NCBI GenBank assembly: GCA_963924565.1
Contig: OZ004607.1
Location: 8,618,001 to 8,682,000, forward strand
Source: Ascidiella aspersa
Taxonomy: Eukaryota
Direction: 5' to 3'
Length of the DNA stretch: 64,000 bases
Part shown: positions 58,601 to 64,000 of the stretch, piece after piece
Layout of the letters: each line of letters opens with the position of its first letter
Position numbering within the stretch: position 1 is the stretch's first letter
Translations under genes and position numbers: made by a program
The notes under the pieces: model-generated
Databases searched by the model: none
What the model was told of the DNA's origin: nothing
The model's input: the letters and a program-made list of their open reading frames with translations, nothing else

Positions 58601-60716
58601 TCCTAATTAAAAATGGAGCAATTGCTATTTGGGTCGGTTTGCTGATAAAAACTTTCTACTCAAACTTCGTTTATAAGAGGGTCGCTTTTGATTCAATAAA
58701 TTTACTCATGAGTTTGAGAAAATAAGGTTTTTGTGCAGAGAAATATTGAAACAGCTCTCCGCGTGGAATGGCACGGCGTCACTCGATTGAGATGTTTACC
58801 TCATAATACAAGTTGCTGCGCCAGATGGTAAGTTCAAACGACAACATTCTTACCAATGTTGTATTATGAGTCACAATTGCCGCATATTGAAATTGTGCAA
58901 ACTATTGCCTGTAGTTGACCGCCATACCCATATCTAGCATATTCTTGCAGCTGTAAATAAATTGGTACGCTCATTGCAATTATTTGGCTGAAACCGCATA
59001 ACTAATCTCACAAAATCGATTGATCAGCTGTTGTATTGACCAAATTGGAATGCTTTGATAAGTACATTGGTACAGTTTTAAACGCCATGTTTATTTAGCT
59101 TGATTCGTGATGGTTAAAGTGTTACGTCGACAAACAACGTAAAATAAAATTGTAACGTTGTAAACATTGTGACAAATCGTCCAGTCATTAAATATAATTT
59201 TACTCAGAATTTTAATTGCAAGACAATATATATTTTAAATTTTGGCAGGTTGTAACCTGCGTTTGATAATGACCTTTTTTGTCCAGTTAGCATAATTAAA
59301 AAAACAAACCTTGACTCTCTTTGAAATTAATTTGCGTTTGGTATAAACAGATGTACGATGAAAAAGGAATAAACCAATGTAGAAGGACTCTACCACCAGG
59401 CGTTTTTACCAAAAATGCGGTAATTTTATGGCGTTTAGGGCGATCGATTATATCTATCTTTAAATTCGTTTTTTTCGTTTTATGATTTTTTTACATTCTC
59501 ATTTCATACCCGGATATAATTTTTAATTTATTTCTACATTTCGCGATTTTCGGCTATTTCGTTTCGTAACCCAATTACAAACATGAAATCCTCTGTCTTG
59601 ACCACCAGGCACTTTACGTTCAACGGAGGCGAATGCGTAAACCCTCAGCCTATTGACGGACTCGTGTACGTCGATCACCATTATACGGTGCACCGAAGCA
59701 TGAACGGTAGGTAAAAGCAAAGAGATTTCAAGCAATGAGTGGAAACTCCACAACAAATCCGCCTTTTCGTAACTTTCTACTCATTGTTTTAAATCTCTTT
59801 GGTTAAACACAGCAGATGTTTTGAATTTTACATCCACATTTTGCTTATACTTATGGGAGTGAATAGGGATCATTAATAGGCTTTATTTTGAACGCATCTA
59901 AATGGCGTGAGTATTTGTCCTTCTTAAATATTTTCTTGTGGCAATTTCAAAATAAAAACAATTGCAAATGGAGGCATGGGGTAAAATAATAAATGATAAA
60001 TAATAACAAATTGGGTGGTTACATTTGATAAAATCTTCCAAGCTAAAGCAGGGGCGCCCGCAGTAAATCAAAAAGGAGGGTCATGAATTTTCAACTTAGC
60101 GAATTCCCCTATTTTTCGTCTGACGTTAATGAATAATGACGTTATCAAACAGTGACAGTATGACGTCATAGAATGGTGATTGCAAGACGTCATAAAAAAA
60201 AACTAATCAGAAACAGCCAAATACGTCCAGCAAAGCGACCACGTGCGTCGTTAACCATCCTGTCAGGCGCCAACTGCGAAACCACAGTGTGCAATCGTTA
60301 ACTTCAGGCGAAAAAATAAACCAAGAGCGTGAAATATGAGTGATTAATTGTGGTAGAAACTAAATATGGAAATATACAAATCATCTAACTTCAGTACCTG
60401 TCATATTAATATGTACACTTATTACCAATAGACTTTTGTATATATCAGTAGACTTTTATATACAAATCAATATTATCCCGATAGTAACTTAGTAAAACTA
60501 ATAAACATATACCCCCCCCCCCCCCCCGTGGGGCGCCCATGGTCACTCGTTTTTATTTTTTAAGTGATTGGAGTTTGTCGGGGGCTGGAGACTGGAGTTA
60601 ACGACATCGGATTCGTGGTGGGTGAATGCGGCGGGGAATACCCACTGGGTGAAGTCAAGACAGGCTGGAATTCGTCGTCGCGGATTATCATTCAAGAAGT
60701 TGTGATGTACAACTGA
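55649..60716 (+). CDS. CTHRC1: Collagen triple helix repeat-containing protein 1-like (about 260-268 aa)
   Basis: Exons 55649-55810, 56648 (or 56678)-56851, 58045-58146, 58739-58827, 59609-59706, 60565-60716. Signal peptide, GPPGRDGIPGIPG collagen stretch, QCAW, ALRV, CCARWHFTFNGGEC and TGWNSSSRIIIQEV. Confidence 0.94.
57032..57724. mobile_element. hAT-like MITE (693 bp) with TGCGCA motifs, nested in an older repeat (about 56912-57779)
   Basis: TIR CAGTGTACCCTCTAAG / CTTAGAGGGAACACTG and a perfect 8-bp TSD CACAAAAC. Confidence 0.92.
60049..60541. mobile_element. Probable MITE with a poly-C subterminal tract
   Basis: Ends CAGGGGCGCCC / GGGCGCCCATG; no clear TSD. Confidence 0.5.
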
Positions 60717-63388
60717 CTGGGTTAATAGCAAGAAACATCAGCGATAAATAAGGGCAATTTCGTTTCATTGTTATCTTTGCATGCTTTCCATATGTACATT
60801 ACCCAGAAGAGTTCATTTTCAACGTACATGAAAAATAAAATGTCATCAATTTTGCTGGTCAACAAAATTTCAGTTTTTTAAACGATGAGCATTTAATCTT
60901 AGATGTTTTTTTGCGCTGATTTCGAATTTCCCTTTAGTTTTTTTCAAACCCATAACTTTTTAAAGATCTTCAAATTTAAATTTTTGAAAAAAACACATCG
61001 AAAACAATGCATAGCTATGGTATGCCCTAAAAACGTCTGAAATATAACTTATTTTATAAAATCAGCGCCGAAAATCACTTTGAAAATCAATCTCATCTCT
61101 GTTTAAAATTTGCTGTTGACCAGTGTTTCACCCATAAAGTAGTGTTAATCAACTAATGGGTCGTCACACAAAATTGGGTCGCTGACTACAGTAGTTCACA
61201 TTGTTAGATTTGTTGAGATTTGTTCTGAGCAAGATTGCTACAAAATTCTAGAAATTCGCGGTAATAATGCAAAAACATAGCTCACATCAAATAAATTCAA
61301 ACCTATGAGTTTTTTGTCTTATTTCTTTTTACAAAAGTTCAGTGAAAAGATTTGGGTCGTCAAAGCTCAGCTGTTATAAATATCTGCTAAGTACTTGTGT
61401 CGCCGCAAAAGAAGGTTGAGAAGCACTATACCTTAAAAACTGTCTGGTGGGTATGAATAGGTAAAGGTATGTGTACAGTGTTTTTTGTAAATTTTTAATC
61501 TGAACAAACAAAAGTGCAACACCTTGTGTCATGTCAACTGTAAATTATGTAGACCGGCAGGTTTTTTGCCATGCCCAATAGCCTTGTACCAAACAGTTCA
61601 ATGTTTATAACCTGTTTTTTACCTAAGCAAGAGACACTCAGAGTCACCAGTTTCTTGAGAAATGTCCAAGTTAAATACCAGAATACCAATGTTTTTTTTA
61701 TAGTTTAAATCCAAATTTGTAAGACTCATGGTAAGTGGTAAAAGTAAGCCAGAACGGTCCGGAACGGCGCCCCAGAAAAACAATTTATGCAGGTACGCGT
61801 ACCGGTAAATAAATGTTCTTCTTCTTGAATGTACTTAAACTTAGATGTTAATTGCATCTTTGTGTACTACATAGAATACAAACCCCAGGTTTTCCAATGC
61901 TACTTGCTTTAGACGTCCCATTATTACGGTACTTTGTGATGTTATCTTAAAAATCAAGCGTTCCGATAAAACACTGTTTTGTGGTTCCGTTAAGAAACTT
62001 AGTCTACTTTCACACCTCAATATAATATACGTAGGCCTAAATCCGAAAATTGGACGCAATTTCTGCTAAACATTTATGTGAGTCGAGATAGGCAATTAAA
62101 AATTATATTGACATCTTATACAATTGATTGGGAGGTATTTCGCTCAACGTGATTAACAGTTCAGGTAAAAATAAGTCGTTTAAAATTAGTGGCCTCGTCA
62201 TACTATACTGGAAACCTATTACTTTATGGATATCGAAGAAAATGAAAAGTTAAACGCCTGGACATTTTGCTGGAACAGATTTGTTTATACCATGCTTCTT
62301 TACATGTTACTACTGAAAAGGCTACTGCTGAAAGAGTTGGGAAAAAACGTTTGAAAACTGCGTGATTTCTTATTAAAATACACGAAAATTGCTTTTTTAT
62401 TTATGTTTTATTATGACACATTTTTTTGTATAATTAGCACATAGCAATACACGCATTTTACGTAAAAGCGACAATAAAAATCTAAAAATAAACTCACAAA
62501 TACATTTATTTATCATATTTGGACGACGATAGTATACATCATACCGAATATAGTAATGTGCAGTTTACGCTAAGATACATTTTTATCAGAAACATGTATA
62601 GAAATACCTCACGCGTCGTCTTATAACATAGCTGTGACAAATCAAGACTTTAAACTTCAGAATAATATTCACTTTAAACTTCAGAATAAAACAGGTTACA
62701 GGCAACTCGCAAACATTTTGTGGATGACTTAAATCGCAAAATACCTCGAAACACAGTCACAAAATTTCACTTTTTAAAAAACCAGACTGATTTGAAAGGT
62801 TACATGGAAAGTTAAAAAGTATCGCAAAACGTGTTATTGAAGTACATTTGTTATTTACATTTCACCCAACATACCTGATAACTTTGCTAAAATCAGCGCG
62901 TAGTTGACGACCGCGAATTGCAACAATAAGCACAATCTAACCACATACCTTTACGACTTACGTGTACATCGTACATAAAAAAACACTGAAGACAAATTAA
63001 CAACACACAAGCACATACAAAGCAATAAAAAAGCGTTCACTTTGCGATTAAATCGTCTTGCGCCCCAAACTACATGACAAAAGCTAATATTTTTTTAAAT
63101 AATGAAAACTTTGCGTCATCATTTCATTTCCTATTTTACTCAAAAACTGATTTTTACACTGAAAATGACAACTAACATTGTTTTGATTTTACGATCAACA
63201 AAATAGCCCTTTGCAACGTCAATACCTATTTGCATCTTAAAAAATAAAATTTACTCAAATAAATCCGTTTTCGGAAGTCGTTTTACATCAAAAGGTGATT
63301 TGCCATGGAGTCACAAAGAAGAGAAATTGTTGCAAAACCTGTAGGAAGGAGATTGTCAGCGTCTCAATCGCAAATCAGCAGGCGAAAG

Positions 63389-63474
63389 TCACTTCTTTTT
63401 TAGTAGATCGCCCTGGCCCATAAAAGCTTCTTTGCTCAGCTTACCGCATTTCAGGTTGGAAGGCACGGCAACAT
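63389..63474 (-). CDS. Probable terminal coding exon of an unidentified gene extending beyond the window
   Basis: Acceptor TTTGTACAG followed by (D)VAVPSNLKCGKLSKEAFMGQGDLLKKK-stop, then about 900 nt of UTR-like sequence with minus-strand AATAAA near 62505. Confidence 0.4.
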
Positions 63475-64000
63475 CTGTACAAACGACAAACGTGTATATG
63501 AGTTAATACTAGTTAATCGCGTCGCAGGGTTATCACAGGGCAGCCGTCAGGGGCGGAACATTAGGCAAGCACTGTACCAAATTATACTTATTTTTTTTTC
63601 GTTTTAAGGACATCTATTCAGCCCTCATACTCTGGCATGTTACCTCATGTGAAGTTATAAACTTTATAAAGTTCAATTTTTTGTCAAATTACACTATTAG
63701 TTATTTTATTTCGCGCAACATGTGAATCTCTTTTATGTGCCCAACGTCACAGAACCTTTTACATTAGAAGTGCTGACAATTTAAATCAAATAAACGTAAT
63801 TTTTGGCACTTGCGCTATAATACTGAATTCGGCTGCAATTATAATATTTTAGTTATTTATGGTCATGGTTTAACCTTTTTAGTGTCATTTCGCACAGCAT
63901 TAATAAAAATAAATAAACAAGCGAAAGGATGGATTATATTATTTGCTTATTAACCTTGTATTTCATATGATTGTCAAACCTAATCCACGTTTAATGGTCA

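Noticed and set aside
25530-62690. Scattered 13-33 bp tandem duplications (about 25535, 28180, 32702, 50487, 51553, 54453, 62648)
   Set aside because: These are ordinary slippage or repair duplications with no shared sequence or spacing.

Overview
AT-rich, intron-containing animal genomic DNA. The gene set and compact introns suggest an invertebrate deuterostome such as a tunicate, but the species cannot be fixed from sequence alone. From left to right: (1) a GC-rich probable exon and regulatory region of an unidentified minus-strand gene (1-5 kb). (2) A 7.6-kb Ty3/Gypsy LTR retrotransposon (10698-18296) with 369-bp LTRs differing at 1 nt, a 5-bp TSD GTTGG, a tRNA-Trp PBS and a CsRn1-type CHCC Gag knuckle. 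It carries a third ORF resembling a herpesvirus gB-type class III fusion glycoprotein, and its reverse transcriptase is cleanly deleted. (3) Two tandem single-domain phospholipase B1-like genes. (4) XBP1 with a 32-nt IRE1-type unconventional intron and a perfect ERSE in its promoter. (5) Legumain. (6) CTHRC1. (7) The probable last exon of another minus-strand gene. Introns and spacers hold many nested hAT-like MITEs with 8-bp TSDs. The most notable item is the gB-env-bearing, RT-less, recently inserted metavirus-like element. All protein family assignments come from motif recognition by eye; no database search was run.
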